Shown: positions 34,821-48,970, numbered from the stretch's first letter. The stretch: 64,000 nt of DNA from Hamiltosporidium tvaerminnensis FI-OER-3-3 (GCA_022605425.2 CM061246.1:1674001-1738000); one strand, 5' to 3'. Notes: generated by a model not told the origin, from the letters alone. Numbers and translations: made by a program.

Positions 34821-36149
34821 TAAGTTAGGGTATTTTAATGTGAAAAATATAATTAAATTAGTATGTGAGTCAAGAGTTAAAGAACAAATGTTTTTCTAAA
34901 AGTAATACATTATCATTTTAGAAAGAAGATGAGTAATGATGATGTCGTTTAACAAATTTAATTAATTACAACCAAACTTTAAAGAATAAAATTTTTATTT
35001 TGTATGAAGATTAAAATATTTTTAAAAATGTAAAGCTAGGGAAAGGATTTATTAAACATTCAAAACCTATACGATTCAAAGTGATAGATTAAAAATAATA
35101 AATGTTTTTTTAGGATAAAATAGGTATTCTGTTATTTATTTGTAAACTAAATGAAACATTTGGGATACTAAAATAATTAAAGATAAGGGCTTCTTTGATC
35201 GAAAGATATTCTTCATTGAGTATAAGAAATATTGCAGCCTAAAAAAAAAAGTATAAATTTCTTAAATAAAACGAAAACCCAACTTAATTAAAATCTCATT
35301 ATTTCTCCGAATTAAAAAAAACTTAAAGTATACAATACCACGCGAAACCGCCATAGCTATAAATAACATTGGCATCGGTTATCGCATATCTATAGCACTG
35401 CTTCTTCTTGTAAGTATTTTTTACCTTGTTGAACAGCTAATGAGTAAAGAAAGCGTTGCATTTCATCGATTTGATAAGTATACCGATTTATAGTTTTAAA
35501 CTCATAGCAATCTCTATAGATTTCAGATAGCATGAGATGATCAAATGTTGGTTTATAGAGTTCAGATTATCTCTAGATGTATTTCGAGAAAATCATTGGA
35601 AATTAATTATGAAAAAACAGATTAAGAAATCAAGTTTTTTTGTGAGTATGTATATGTGGAAATAGAGGCGCTTAATTCCGAAAAAATATAAAGTGACAAT
35701 ATCGGATGGATAGCTAGTGTATTATCTCTCTTTCTTAACGCACTATGCACAAAGCCGTAAATATTTTTATATTAACCTGAGAGAGAAGTACTTCTATGAA
35801 AAAAAGTAATTTAAAACAAATTATGACAACATGAATGAATTTTAAACATTTAAGATAATCGTTTTAAAATAAATTTCTAGAAGTTTATAAAAATAATTTT
35901 AGCTAAATAGCCGAATCTTGCATACTTTTAGGAAAACAGACGGCATGCATATTATGCAAATGGTTTAGTGCAATTCTGAGAGGATACTAGCTCCGAGGAC
36001 CCTGAATTTATCCCGAAAAGGTATATAAAACAATATTTGAAATTAAACACCTTAAGTATCTCTTTGTGAAGACATAAGACACAAAAGGCTCTGTAGTATG
36101 TCCCAAAAGCTTAATAAATAATATTTTGATTCGCCTTTGAATTTAAAAC

Positions 36150-36830
36150 TAAGTTATCGGCGCTATAGCTCACATAGAACGTCTCATTAATGCTTCTTAG
36201 TTTCATTTTAATGTACACAGAACTTCTTCAATGCAATACACCGAGTTTGCGTGCAGATTTCTCACATCATTTAGCCATCTGTTTCTGCTCTGCTTCGTCT
36301 TATTTTACCTTCAGATGCAGATCTAAGAATTTTAGATACAAACCGTTTGTCATCATTCTTTCTAGGTGTTCTGGGGCTTAAGAATTCTTTGATTCAAAAT
36401 TATGGGTAAATTAGCTTATTCTTCAAGCACATATATTTCTAGATTTCGGTTAATTCTTAATTCGGTAGTTTTATGTTTTTGAAAGATATATTCTTTACAA
36501 TATCCTTCATTCTAACATGTCTACGAAAACATAGTCTCTTCTTGTCCTCACCAATATTTCAGAAACATAAAATACTTGTAGGTCTAATAATTGTTTTATA
36601 TATTTGCTTTTTGCTATTTGATTTAACATTTTTGACTTTAATAAGCGCCACAGAGCATAGTAGGTCTTGTTGCCTGCTTTTATTCTTTCTTTAAACCTAA
36701 GATCATGTTTATTATTTTCGTTCAGGTGTGATCCAAGGTATTTGAAGCTAATTTTTTCAAATACAAAAATTCGATTTCTAATGAATTTCCCTTCTATTTG
36801 TAAAATGAAGGCATAATTTTATATTAGCCT
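36150..36830 (-). mobile_element. 5'-truncated decayed RTE LINE 3' fragment
   Basis: Minus-strand remnants FKYLGS, YKTIIRPTS, VFVDML/RMKDI-type stretch; gagctatagcgccgat 3' end like the RTE at 47495-47507. Confidence 0.7.
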
Positions 36831-39800
36831 TGCTTTCATGTTCAACATTCAATATCTTTTATAAATTTTCCAATAAAATTACCTAGATGTAACGGGAAAT
36901 TTTTACGATTAATATTGTAGAATGATCGTGTAAATGAAGAACAAGGTACATTGAACATATAGATGTAAAAGTCTCTGTACTTTTCCAAACAGAGCAGCAA
37001 GAGGTCTTGTAAATATTGAGTTACTGATTCAAAATTTGTTTGACTTTAATCGTATAGAAAAAAGGGGAAATCTAAACTCAAAAGCACCATCAAATAGTTG
37101 GAAAACCAACCTAAATCTTCTTACATGGCTAAGAAGCTTCTATGTTCTAAAATAGATAAACTATGATTTAATTAGAAATAAATAGAAAACGACTAAACTA
37201 AAATTTATATGAAAAAAATATAATTATAACTAGATTAAAAATTTTTGTTTTGAAATAACAGGCTGATAAGTATTCGGTCTGTCTTAAAATAACTTAATAA
37301 AGAAAACATCCTGCCACCCAATGAAGCAATTTTCCGTGGTATACAAATATAAATATATTATGAAGAGCAAAAATAAAGCACCAACGATGCAAGCGGTTTT
37401 ACGAATCTGAATAAACATGGGACTAAGATAAAAGAATATTTATGCATGATTCTATCAGATGCTGAAACAAGCGGTCTATTATTTTGTTTTTCTGCTGAAC
37501 TACTACATATTCTAGCTTTCAAAGCAAATTTAGATGTAATTGTAACGGAATTTTAAAGGATACGAAATAAGGGGAAATTGGAATAGAAACATCAATTAAA
37601 AGCATTATCGAAAATTAAATATTATATTTTTGGAACGAAATTAACTATTATAAAACCTTTGAAGTCTTAATTACTTCAAAATACTTGCTCTACTTTGTTA
37701 AACCCTAAAAAAAATATTCAAGTACGACATGTGTCTCATTCACATAGAAAAATAGTACAAAATCTTATTTGGTTATGTCTAACTAAATATTACTATATAA
37801 TATAGTATTTTAATTACAAATAACAATATAAGTCTTCATTCAATGAATACCATTCAGAAACAGTCGAAACTTTTTCGAAGAATATATTGAGATCAAAATA
37901 TATTTACAATGTGAATTTTTACCTGCAAAGTTTTGTGCATTTCGAAAAGCCAAAAGGAAACTTAATACAAACTTTAATTATAAGTATATACTTTTTAAAA
38001 TGAATATGTATATTAATATCTATGTTGCAGATATGAAACCCTTTAATTTAAATAGAGGTTCTTCAAAACACGACCCAATGAGATATTTTATCCGGTTCTA
38101 CACGATATTCTTTGTAGAATCCATATTTTTTTTAATAAAATCAAAAAAGTATAAACGAATTGCAAAATGAAAATGACAGTTATAGATAATTTTTTCGATC
38201 AAATTGTAATAATAAGAAAATTCTTTTGTTTCGAAGATATTATCAAACCATATATCTTATTTACGTAATTTCATCCTAAAAAACCAGAATAAAATAGGAA
38301 AAAAACGGATGGTACAATCTAATATTAATAAGATTTGATATAGATAGATTTATACCCAAGGATTTCTTGAAATTGTAGATAAAATTTACTTGCAGAAATT
38401 TCCAATAATAACTTTAAAGGCGTATCTGTTATTCATATCTGTAAATATTTTGTGTGTATTTCATTTTTGCGAATGCTTCTTCACATAGATTGATGTGAAG
38501 AAAACGAAAATATAACCCTATGTATATTTATGAAATTTAGTGTATTACGTGAAGGAAAGACCTATATTAAATTATAATAATTAATTTTTTTATTGTTTTT
38601 TGACATATTGGTGGGAGATATTTATATTTTTTAAACGCCTGTATAAACCTTGAATCATTTTCTCCAAACTATTAATAATAAGAATTAAAGAAATACTAAA
38701 AAGTAAGTTGGTTAAAATCTGAAAAGTTCTTAACCATCGAGACATTTTATAGCCGTCAAAGGGACTCGAGAGCTAAAATTTTTGGTGCCCTTGATTAAGA
38801 TCAGACGAATGCAAACGAAGACTTGAACAAATATTTGATTATGCAGTTAGGAGAGATCGCTACAAGAAAACATTAAATATGCGATAAAAATTGAAAATCA
38901 CACAATTACCCCGAATAAGCATTTCCATTGATTTTATTGGTTATTCCTTCTTAAAGTATATTTTTCCCGATTTTTATTGGTAGTTTTTTGTTCAATGAGT
39001 GTCTGCGATTTAAACTACAAGATAGCAAACTTCTGTTTTCAATTTATTTTATTTTATTTTAGAACCTATGATTACGGATCGCAAATTAAAATTGGATAGT
39101 TATGTGATTTTAAATATTCTTTATATTTGAATTTGCGTTTTGGAGTTAATTTCAGTTCTTTTAAAACTATATACTTGTAATATCTTCGACCCATGAAATT
39201 TAAATAGTTAAAATGATTTTTTTACAAAGATTTTCTATGAGTTAAACAATCCAAAACCCCATATTTCTAAAGGTTATTTTAAACTGTTTTTTATGATTAA
39301 ATTGCGTTAAAAATCATGAATGTTTTTTTGATTAAGGAATAGCTTTTTTTTTACTCCCAGTAAACACCTGACACAACGCTTTTAATTAATAAACCTCTTT
39401 ATATGAATTTAAAAGCAGGAAGAATTGTTATCTGTATTTATACTTAAAAATATTTATAGCAAATTTTATTTTGCAGATTTTGCAAATACAAACAGAAACA
39501 ATAACAAGAATTAATATTTAGAAACCATTTGTTGTAAATTCTCCAAAAATATATATAACTTTAAATTTACTTAGAATTATGTCCAAAAAACCATATTTAA
39601 CATATTTATAACCAGATTTCGGCATTTATACAAAGAAAGTTATTGATTTGATAAAATTATAGATTATTTTTATTTATCCTTTATATTTCTTAATATTTTT
39701 GCTATATTTCTTGAAATTTATTTCGAATTATTTCGGTTTATTTGAGTAAAGGTTATGTTTTATATAAAACTTATCTAAAATGAAAAATAAAATGAAAAAT

Positions 39801-39879
39801 AAAATGAAAAATAAAATGCTTCAAAACCAAGTATTTTTTATTTAATTCGCACTAAATCTGATTTATGCTTTCAAACTTC

Positions 39880-41681
39880 TTAAATCGCACATTCCAACAA
39901 TGATCTTGATATGTATATTTCATACTGATACTGCGGATACAATAATTTTCTGAGATAACAAAGATAAAATTCTAAAAAATATAGTTGAAGTTGAACCAGC
40001 TCTTTTTTTGGGTTACCACATACATTAATGTTTTTATACAATTCAAAAACCTCTTTACGTTTAACTCCTACTTTAATTTTTTTTCTATAATTATTATAAC
40101 TTGATTGGATCGCCTTCAACAATTCCTCAATAAATTCATCGTATTTGCTCTTTATTTTTGATATATTATTTATTTCAAAGTTATTTAAATCCAAGAAACC
40201 AAGCCTTAGATAGCATTTAAAGTAAAATATATTATTTAGCTTCTTAGCAAAATCTTCAAAATTTCCATCTGACATATTTGAACACAAAACATCTGTGTAC
40301 AAAATATTAATTTTTATTCTGGTATTTTGCAAAGTTTCGTGAGTATTGTTATCGTAATCCTTGAATATCTTTTTAAAATCTAATATTAGAATCGATGTAT
40401 ATTTTTTTGCAATACTCGGTCCATCTTTAATTCCATAAATGACTCTCAATAATATGGTTTTTAAGAAAATTATATCTATATCAGCATTAATTACTTCAGG
40501 TTTTCTTTTATATGTCTCTTTAATATTGTCACTATCGTTCTTCGGTTTTTTAGATATGCTTTCAAAATTCGTCAAGATTATTTCCATATTTGTAAAAAAT
40601 ATTTCAAATAGAAAATAAGTATATAAAATATATCCATCTTGTGTTTTCTGTTTAAAACAAGTATTATAAATATTTTTTATTACTATTAGCTCATGTATAG
40701 AGAAAATTCCCTGATAATCTTTAAATTTTTTTCGAAATCCATAAATTCAGCTTTGTTTATAGCGAAAGCCTTCAAATCAAGTTTATTGTCTCCTTGGAGG
40801 TTTTTTTCGAATTCTACTAAACTTAAAGCAAATAGAAAAATTCTCTCTATATGATCGGAATTGTAAAGACTAAAATTATTTTTTATAAACAGTTTTTCTT
40901 GTTTCAATTTATCGAAGATATTCTGGTTAGTCAAAATATAATTTGTACTATCTCCATGTTTTGTGTTTGATGTTTTTCCACAAATATATTCTGTAAATTT
41001 TTTAATATTATCTTTAAAATTCCGAATTCGATCGTCTAAGTTACTTAGGTTACTGCCCGGCTTTATAGATAACTCCGTTACTACGCCTGAAATTTCCAAT
41101 CCTTCAAATTGTTCTGTGATATATTTTTCAAAGTCGAATTCTTTTGTTTTTTGAGTTCCCTGTTTGGCTTGATTTACAGCAAGACGGCTAACCTTGGAAT
41201 TTTTTAGACCGAATTGTGTTGATTCTTCTGAGTCTATGAGTTTTCTCTTTTCTAGATTGCAAATATGTATAGAATGCGGATCAGAATATGTGAGATCAAT
41301 AGGAGTCATTATATCTATTTTATCGCTCAAAACTGGCATTTTCTCTTGGTCTTCTCTAACAGATTTATCGATCTCACATGTTTTTGTTAAATTATCGCTA
41401 GAACTATTTGATAGGAAACTTTGAGTACATAACGGCTTTTCAGTTTCCAAACTATCAAGTTCGAGTTTTCTTTTTTTAGTTAAATCAGTTATTAGCTCAC
41501 TTAATCTTTCTTGCTTTCTTCTTTTTTCAATATCTACTTTTTTGGATAGTTGCTGGCTATATTTCACATCTATATGATTGGTTGGAGTATGAGGAATATC
41601 GAGTATAGAGAGCTGATTATCTTCATTTGTTGCAGTGCTGCATTTTATAAATTCTTTTGTGAGTAAAAAGAAGAAAAGCAT
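39880..41681 (-). CDS. Putative secreted protein (~600 aa) split by a one-base frameshift
   Basis: ORFs 40686-41681 and 39880-40587 join stop-free if one A is added to the A7 run (T7 at 40726-40732): FEKKFKDYQGIFSIHELIVIKNIYNTCFKQ...FFTNMEII; signal-like MLFFFLLTKEFIKCS. Confidence 0.8.
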
Positions 41682-42932
41682 GGATATAAGTTTATGATTA
41701 TATAAATAATGTAATAATTAGAAAAAAAAATTTAAATTGTAAATAAAATTTTTTGTTCGAAAAAAGAAAGAATATTCCAATTATCAATAATTTAATTTAA
41801 AAAAAAATAAAAGAATATTTCAAATATCGAAACTTTGATTTTCTAAATATATAAGAATATAAAATATGTTTTCTTTTTAAAGAATGATGTTGTATTAAAT
41901 GTTTATAACTAATATATTTAATTTTAAATTTTTTTCTAAATTATTAGAATGAAAAATTTTGACGACGAAATTATAAAAAATAAAGCTGTTAAGAACTTTG
42001 AAACGTTTCTAAAGGAGATTAAACTTTTTTAGATGCATTAGCGAAATTCAAGAGATCTTCACTTTGACGGACATATATAAAACTGTCCACATTGTAGTAA
42101 AAAAATAGTTGTCGGCCCGCCTACTCTGTCGCGTAACCAAATCTTCGTATTCTTGTCTCAATGTATTTGCTTTTATACCAGTCGATACCCAAACAAATTT
42201 CAATACGGCAGACTTTGCAGAAGGAAAGCGACTGAAGATTTGTATTCTATACTGGTTTCTGCCACATTTATAGGGTAGGAATAATATCGATATGCTTTTG
42301 AGGTAGTAGAGAAGCGATAAAACTCATTTTCTAAAGATGCATGTTGGGGAATCATATGATTTTATATTGAGAAATTTAGTGTTTTTGTAGTATCAATTTG
42401 TAGATAATTAATACCTGCTCGTGCGAAGATAAGGCGGAGCGACAAATGCTTGATGCTTGTATCTTTGTACTATATTCTCAGGAATTACTCCCTTTTTATT
42501 CCCATAAAAGAAACTTTTGTAAAATAAAGGATCCTCTGTAAAAAACAGAGAAGAGGTTTGTTCGAATTCCAATGATTCCAAGGGATTAGTTACAGATATG
42601 ATTTCGAACTTCATTAACTATATAGATGTTAAATATCTTAAATATCGTGTATATATAAGAATATATAAAGCATCGCGTATAATCTTGGTGGCGTAGATAT
42701 GCCATGGCGAATAAACACGAAATAAAACCCGGATCCGCTCATAAAAACCTAAGAATTAGGTCTATATGTTAATTCGTATCATAATTTTTTCAAAAAAGCT
42801 ATTAGGGAGGAAATATTCTTCATGAGAGACTAAATCACATGAGAAAAACGAGAGAAAATCAATTCAAACAATATCTGAAAATATGATTTTTGGGAATTTT
42901 ATTAAAAAGAATTGTTCTTGGAATGTTTTTAC

Positions 42933-43157
42933 TTAGATACTTATTCCGTTCCTCTTTGAAGTCTCAGTATCGGGGATGAACAAATAAATGGTTATCCTTT
43001 GTTTCTTTTAATTAGTTATAACTCGGGATTATAGGGGATTGGTCTATAGATCCGGTGTGGTTTATATCCTTTCACACTGGCAGCAATGATTTCAATACGA
43101 ATCTTAGGCATTCAGTACCAAACAGAAAGTTTTTAACGTGGTTATCCTTACTCTACC
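42933..43157 (-). mobile_element. Unclassified SINE-like element, short form (N3, 225 bp)
   Basis: Minus-strand head aaggataaccacgttaaaaactttctg; tail gaggaacggaataagtatctaag matches N2; degenerate TSD ttcttggaatgtttttac / ttctttgaaagttttac. Confidence 0.8.
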
Positions 43158-43299
43158 TTCTTTGAAAGTTTTACAGATATAAAGTTAGAAATAAATTCAC
43201 AAAAAAAATTATGTATTTCAATTATTCGAAGCATATTTTATCGCGAGTCGACTTAGCGAGTTGAATACATTAATATTTTAAATAGTGATGTGGGTTTGT

Positions 43300-44160
43300 G
43301 GTTTTAAGTTAAATGTGAGACAAAAATGATAAAGTCACTAATGAAAAATATTTGATGCATTTTTTAGCATATACTCATCCTGTAGTATATATTCTATTGA
43401 TGGATATCGTAGGATTATTAATGGGTTTTTAATAGAAAGCTATTTGATTGATTTTTTAATGATTTCATTATCAAGCAACTTATGATTCTATAAGCATCTT
43501 TTTAATATCTGAACATCTTAAATTTACAAGAACGAGAAACTGAATGGTCTTACTGCCAGCTTAAATTTCTAATCCTAAGGTGCACATGAGATGTTCAGAT
43601 TGTAGCCAATTAACTGCGTATTTAAATTATGCAAGTTTTGGGCAAATTCGGACAAACTCGTTTAGCTTGCAGTACTGCGACGGCGTTTACCCGTTAATCA
43701 GTTAGATGATATGAGACGGATAGCGAAAAGAAAAATAACAGGCTTTAGCGAATGTTTCCAAAAATGAAAAAAAACGGAAGCAATTTAAAGCCAACGTGGA
43801 ATGATATAAAAAAAGCGCATGGTAATATAAAACATGCCCTTGCGACTTAATCCATTGGAAATTTGAATTTTAAGATTTAATCCTCGAATTCGTGAAAGTG
43901 ATTATACTTAAATGAAAAATTTATATATCAGAAGAGCTAAAAAAATTATGAGCAATAAAAATTTTTAGACTGAAAGTGGAGAGAGATTGTTTTCAAGTTA
44001 TTTTTTGAATTGTATGTGGCTTCATGTGCGGAAAATTTAATTGGAAATGGAAAAATTGGCAATAGATACAAATGCGGATTCTGTTTATACCAATAATTCA
44101 TTATTAACTGATAATCTTGAGTTTTTTGAAGTTAAAAGTTCGACTTTAGCATCAAGATAA
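43300..44160 (+). mobile_element. Decayed IS630/Tc1-like DDE transposase relic
   Basis: Frameshifted remnants DIKKAHG, CDL/NPLEI (cf. PYHCxLNPIE motif), SNKNF/RLKVER, HVRKI.LEMEKL. Confidence 0.45.
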
Positions 44161-44239
44161 ATCATGTAAAAGTATTTTTCCATTATAGGATTGCATATAA
44201 ACAGATATGAATACCTAAAAAATAACATATTTTTTTAGC

Positions 44240-44442
44240 GGAACTCCGATTCTAGAATATTTGGAATTAATATATATTTCGCAATGATAGAATCTTATCT
44301 GAAACAGCACAAATAAGCCATTCGAAGAATTAAACTCCAATTTTTTGATACTTGAAAGGCATTCTCGTACTAAATATAATGTAAATATAATTCTGCAATA
44401 TCCACATGCAATATCAATAATTACAAATCATAAAGAAGTAAC
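44240..44442 (+). mobile_element. Old RLE LINE fragment, portion left of the RTE insertion
   Basis: LERHSRTKYN...HAISIITNH corresponds to ERLSHTRLN...HAISLINYH of the 54.4-54.5 kb copy. Confidence 0.6.
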
Positions 44443-47400
44443 TCAATTTCCTTTTTTCGTTAGCAGAATTGTCTTAGAGTATTCCCTGCTTGTTGTAAGA
44501 AGCGACGTAAAGGAACTGGTCTTTCTGGCTGGGGGCTGGGCGTAGAGCCAACAACCCCCCTTTAAAACCAACTTGTTACAAAACCCAAAAACGTAATTAA
44601 ATCCAAAAAGAAAATTAAAAAACTTCCTAGCGTGGTTAACGAAAAAATTATTTTCTACTTACAAAATGAAACGTGCGTTCTTTTCATAAGCTCGGTGCCA
44701 CGAAGTGTCTGTCTGATGTGATTTTGAGCGTAAAATCGATATTGTAGCACTACAAGAAATGAGATGGACTGGAAAAAGAATTATGAATAAGAAGGAGTAT
44801 TCACTTTACTATAGCTGTCACGAAAAAGACCACCTACTGGGAACAAAATTCATGGTTGGAAACAAGATTATCCGCTTGTATCGAATTTCAAGCCTACACA
44901 ACTAGGCTATTTAGAATCATAATAAGAGGGAAATTTTTCAACTATAGTATCATCAATGCCCGTGCTCACACAGAAGATACAACTGAGGAGGAAAAAGAAG
45001 CCTTCTATGATCCTTTGGGGAAATTATACGACGATTGTTTTAGAAATGACATTAAATTTCTGTTAGAAGACATGAACGCAAAAATAGGTAAAGACTCTGC
45101 CTGTAGCGTATTAGAAATTATAGTCTACATGAGGAGCATTCTGAAAATGGATTCCGACTGATTAATTTTGCAATGAGCCGAAATTTAATTGTTGGGGGAA
45201 CAATTTTCGATCACAGGAACATACACAAGGGTACTTGGACGACGCCGGATGAGCGTACAGTCAATCAAGCAGATCACAGCTTCAGATTACTTGATGTTAG
45301 TGTAAATCGCAATGTCAACCTCGATAATGATCATTTCCTCCTTGTTGCACGACTTAAAGCAAGAACCTCACACACCAGAAATCAAAAAAGGATTAGGTCT
45401 GTCAGATATAACACCTGTATGTTAAAGAAAGAGAAAAGGAAGAAAATCTATGAATCAAAAGCCGACGAAATAGTTAGAGAACGGAGTAAGGAAGATATAG
45501 ATAACAATTGGAAAATATTTTTACAAATAAAGTAGCAGCAGCCTGTGTTTCCATTGGATTTAAGTGAAGTGTTAGAAGAAATGAAAGGTTTGATGAAGAA
45601 TGTGCGGGCATAACCAAAGCTAAGAATGAGGCTTACAACTTGATGATACAAAAAAAGCGGTCCAGAGTATATACCGAAAGGTATAGAGATGCGAGAAATG
45701 AGGAAAAGAGAATACATCGAGCTAAGAAGAGAAAGTCTATGATGACGCAAATGGAGCCGATTCAGAAATATAGTACCAAACACTTGAGCAGAGAAATATT
45801 TAGAACGATGAATGATAATAGACGAGCTTTCATTTCGCGAACAAAAAACTTTATAAGTAAAATGGATGAGATAATAAGTGACACTCAAGGTGTAATAAAT
45901 AGATAGTCTAATAATTTAGAGAACTACTAGGTGAATGCGGAGACCAAGTAGACAAAGACAACGTTTTTGACGAACTAGATGATACGGATAGCTATAAAGA
46001 TATAAGGCCTTCTAATGAAGAAGTACATAAAGCCGTGTAAAAACTGAAAAACAATGAAGCCCCTGGGGCAGGCGAAATTCCATGTGAATTCATTAAAAAT
46101 GCTGGTGGAAATTACATTAAGGAGCTGAAGGATTTACTTAGAGTGATATGGAAAGAAGAGAAAATGTCTAAAGAATGGGATTAAGTCTTGTCTTTTTGAT
46201 TCACAAAATGGTAACACACTGAATTGTGAAAATTACCGAGGAAAATCTCTTCTAAACACAACCTACAAAGTTCTGTCTAGAAATATTTTCATACGACTGC
46301 TCTTTATGCGAGAACATCATCGGAGAATACCAATCCGGCTTCCGGAAAGATAGTCGACATCGGACCAGATATTAGATTAAAAAATTCTTAAAAAAACATT
46401 GGAATATAAGATAAGTACCCACCACCTTTTTGACGACTTCCAGAAAGCATATGACAAAGTCAACGGAAAAATGCTTTACAGAGCCATGAAAGAATTTAGT
46501 ATTCCACGTAAATTGATTAGATTGACTAAAATAACAATGTCTGTTCGAATTGCAAGATCAGAATACAGTCAACCCTATCAGAACCAGCTAGAACATTTAA
46601 TGGTCTAAGGCAGGGTGACACAGTGACATGTTTACTATTTAATTTGGCTCCAGATAAAGTAGTCCGTGATTTAAGCCTACCGCCTGGGGTCATATATTTA
46701 ACGAGACCATTCAAATCCTAGCATGCTCTGATGATATTGCCCTTAATGCAAGATCAAAAGCTAGTTTGCAAAGTGCGTTATAGCTTTGAAATCTGCAACA
46801 AAGAAGACGGGCCTGATTATTAAGATCCGCAAGACCAAATATATGACACTTAGCATGACCGAAGACACCACAATTCCAAGTCGAGGATTATATCTTTAGA
46901 ACAGTAGAATGTTTTTTTATTTAGAATACCGAATAGATATAAACAACAACAGCTCAAAAGAAATTGAAAGAAGCATTAGGCGGTGAACAGTGCTATTTTA
47001 GTCTATTCAAGTACTTTAAGTCTAATCTCATCATTAGGAAGACAAAAGTCATGCCCTACAAAACGCAGCCGAGACCTCTTCTCATATATGCACCAGAATC
47101 TTGAGTTGTTAAGAAGACTGATGAGCAAAGACTAGCGGTTTTCGAAACGAAAGTACTGAGACGTATCTATAGACCTAAAGAAGAAAATGGCAGGTGGAGG
47201 AAACGACATAACAAGGAACTCCACATCGAATTAAGGGATATGCTACTAGTAGACTTGGTCTGCCTGAACAGACTCCGCTGGGTAAGACACCTGCTAAGAA
47301 TGGGAAAACATCGCATACCTTCCAAAGTTTTGAACCATATACCAGTGGGAAAGGGAAGGTGTGAAGATCTAAGACTCGCTGGATTGATCAAATCGAAAAA

Positions 47401-47520
47401 ACCGACCGACTTCTAGGAGATGAAGACTGGTGGAATTTTGCGTTGGAAAGAGACCGGTGAGCGATATTACTTAGGGAAGCCAAGGCTTGTGCAGGGCTGT
47501 AGCGCCGAAAATACATAAAG
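44443..47520 (+). mobile_element. Full-length decayed RTE-clade LINE (APE endonuclease + RT)
   Basis: IDIVALQEMRWTG, RGKFFNYSIINA, DMNAKIG, DNDHFL, DFQKAYD, GLRQGD, SDDI; many stops and frameshifts; 11-bp TSD aaagaagtaac (44432-44442, 47521-47531). Confidence 0.93.
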
Positions 47521-48600
47521 AAAGAAGTAACCTACATAAAGCAACTAGCTTCTTTAGTTGGACAGTGCGGGGCGTGCATTTTGGTGAAATAGGATGTATA
47601 TTAGGCCAAGATAGAAATAGCGGCTTTAACTTACTAGAACATGATTCGATAGAAAGCGTATAATGTTCTTTTGAGATAAAAATACTTGTTTTTCATCCTA
47701 AAGATAGACAGGAAAGAAAGAAAAAATCAAACCCAAAGACGGCTATTTTAAAGTTATAAAATGCCAATAAACCCATCGTTACATCAATAAAAGGCCTTTT
47801 GCAAAAAGTAAACGTTTGAGCAAGCTGCTGATAAACGAGAAAAACGTAAAATAGACTCTTCGGCTTTTAGGGTTATAAAACGAAATAGAAAATCCAAAGC
47901 CACATTTAATGTCATATAATACAAGAAAAAAACTGCTTTTATATGGATATTACTCTTCGAACTGATAAAATAAAAGAAATATAAAGCCACGCGATGTAAA
48001 TGTGTTCTGGTATTTCAGGGATATACATGATTTTGATCTGTAAAAGGAAGAATTAGACAAAGCAATCAGTTTATAAAACTATTAAAAATTTATCCTTTCG
48101 GTGCAAGAAAAGTATTAACACTACTAAGCAATGATATAGAATGAAAAGATCAATTTTGAATTTTTGATTTTATTTTATACAAACAAATTTATCTTGGCAA
48201 AGCGAATTAAGGATCATCGTTCAAAAATTCTCAAAAATAGATTTTCGTAAATTAGAGCTATGTCAGAATAAAAAAAATCTAAACATACTGCATAAAAAGA
48301 CATTATATTTTTAAGTTAAACAAGATACTGAGTTATATAATCCTCATTCCGCAATAATTACATACCAAAACTTAATTCAAACAGTAGAAACCCAAAAATT
48401 CAAGAAGTAGACTTTTTTGCCAATGTGTTTGGTCTCATATTTATCAGTAAAAGTTTAGATATTTTCATAAAGGATAACCCGGATGCTATTAGGATTAAAT
48501 ATTGCGTGGTCCACGGAAAAGACCGCAAATTTTCATAAAGGTGGAAAGTTATACACATTATTAACGCAAAAAAAGTAAAAAAATTTGTTGATCAATAAAG
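47521..48600 (+). mobile_element. Old RLE LINE fragment, portion right of the RTE insertion
   Basis: LDSAGRA/ILVK, aataaacccatc...aataaaaggc, QTVETQKFKK / FANVFGLI, collinear with the 53-54.4 kb copy. Confidence 0.7.
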
Positions 48601-48970
48601 AATCCTTAACTAGAGAATAAATTCGAAGAGATTTGGTTAAAGAAATCGCTACATTTTATGCTTAATCTGTGAGCTACTAGAAAACAATAATTACACTAAA
48701 GATACTCGCAAATTAGGAAGAATTTCCTAAGCAAACAAACATCTAAGGTATTAAATTTTTAAATGAAGATTAAAGATCAAAATCAAAGTAATTTAGTCAA
48801 ATTTAGGTAAACTTAAATTATAAAGAATAGCCTAAATTAAATTTGAAAAATCACAGTAAACTAAGTAAAACGAAGAGAGAAAAACAGGTCAATAGTTAAT
48901 ATATTTTAGTATAAAATAGAATGAAGCCTTTTTAAGAAGATAGAACTCTTTTAATAAATGTAAATTGATT

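Noticed and set aside
42050-42745. GC-richer minus-strand stretch with coding-like fragments (68-aa ORF)
   Set aside because: Could not be assigned to any protein or TE family by eye.
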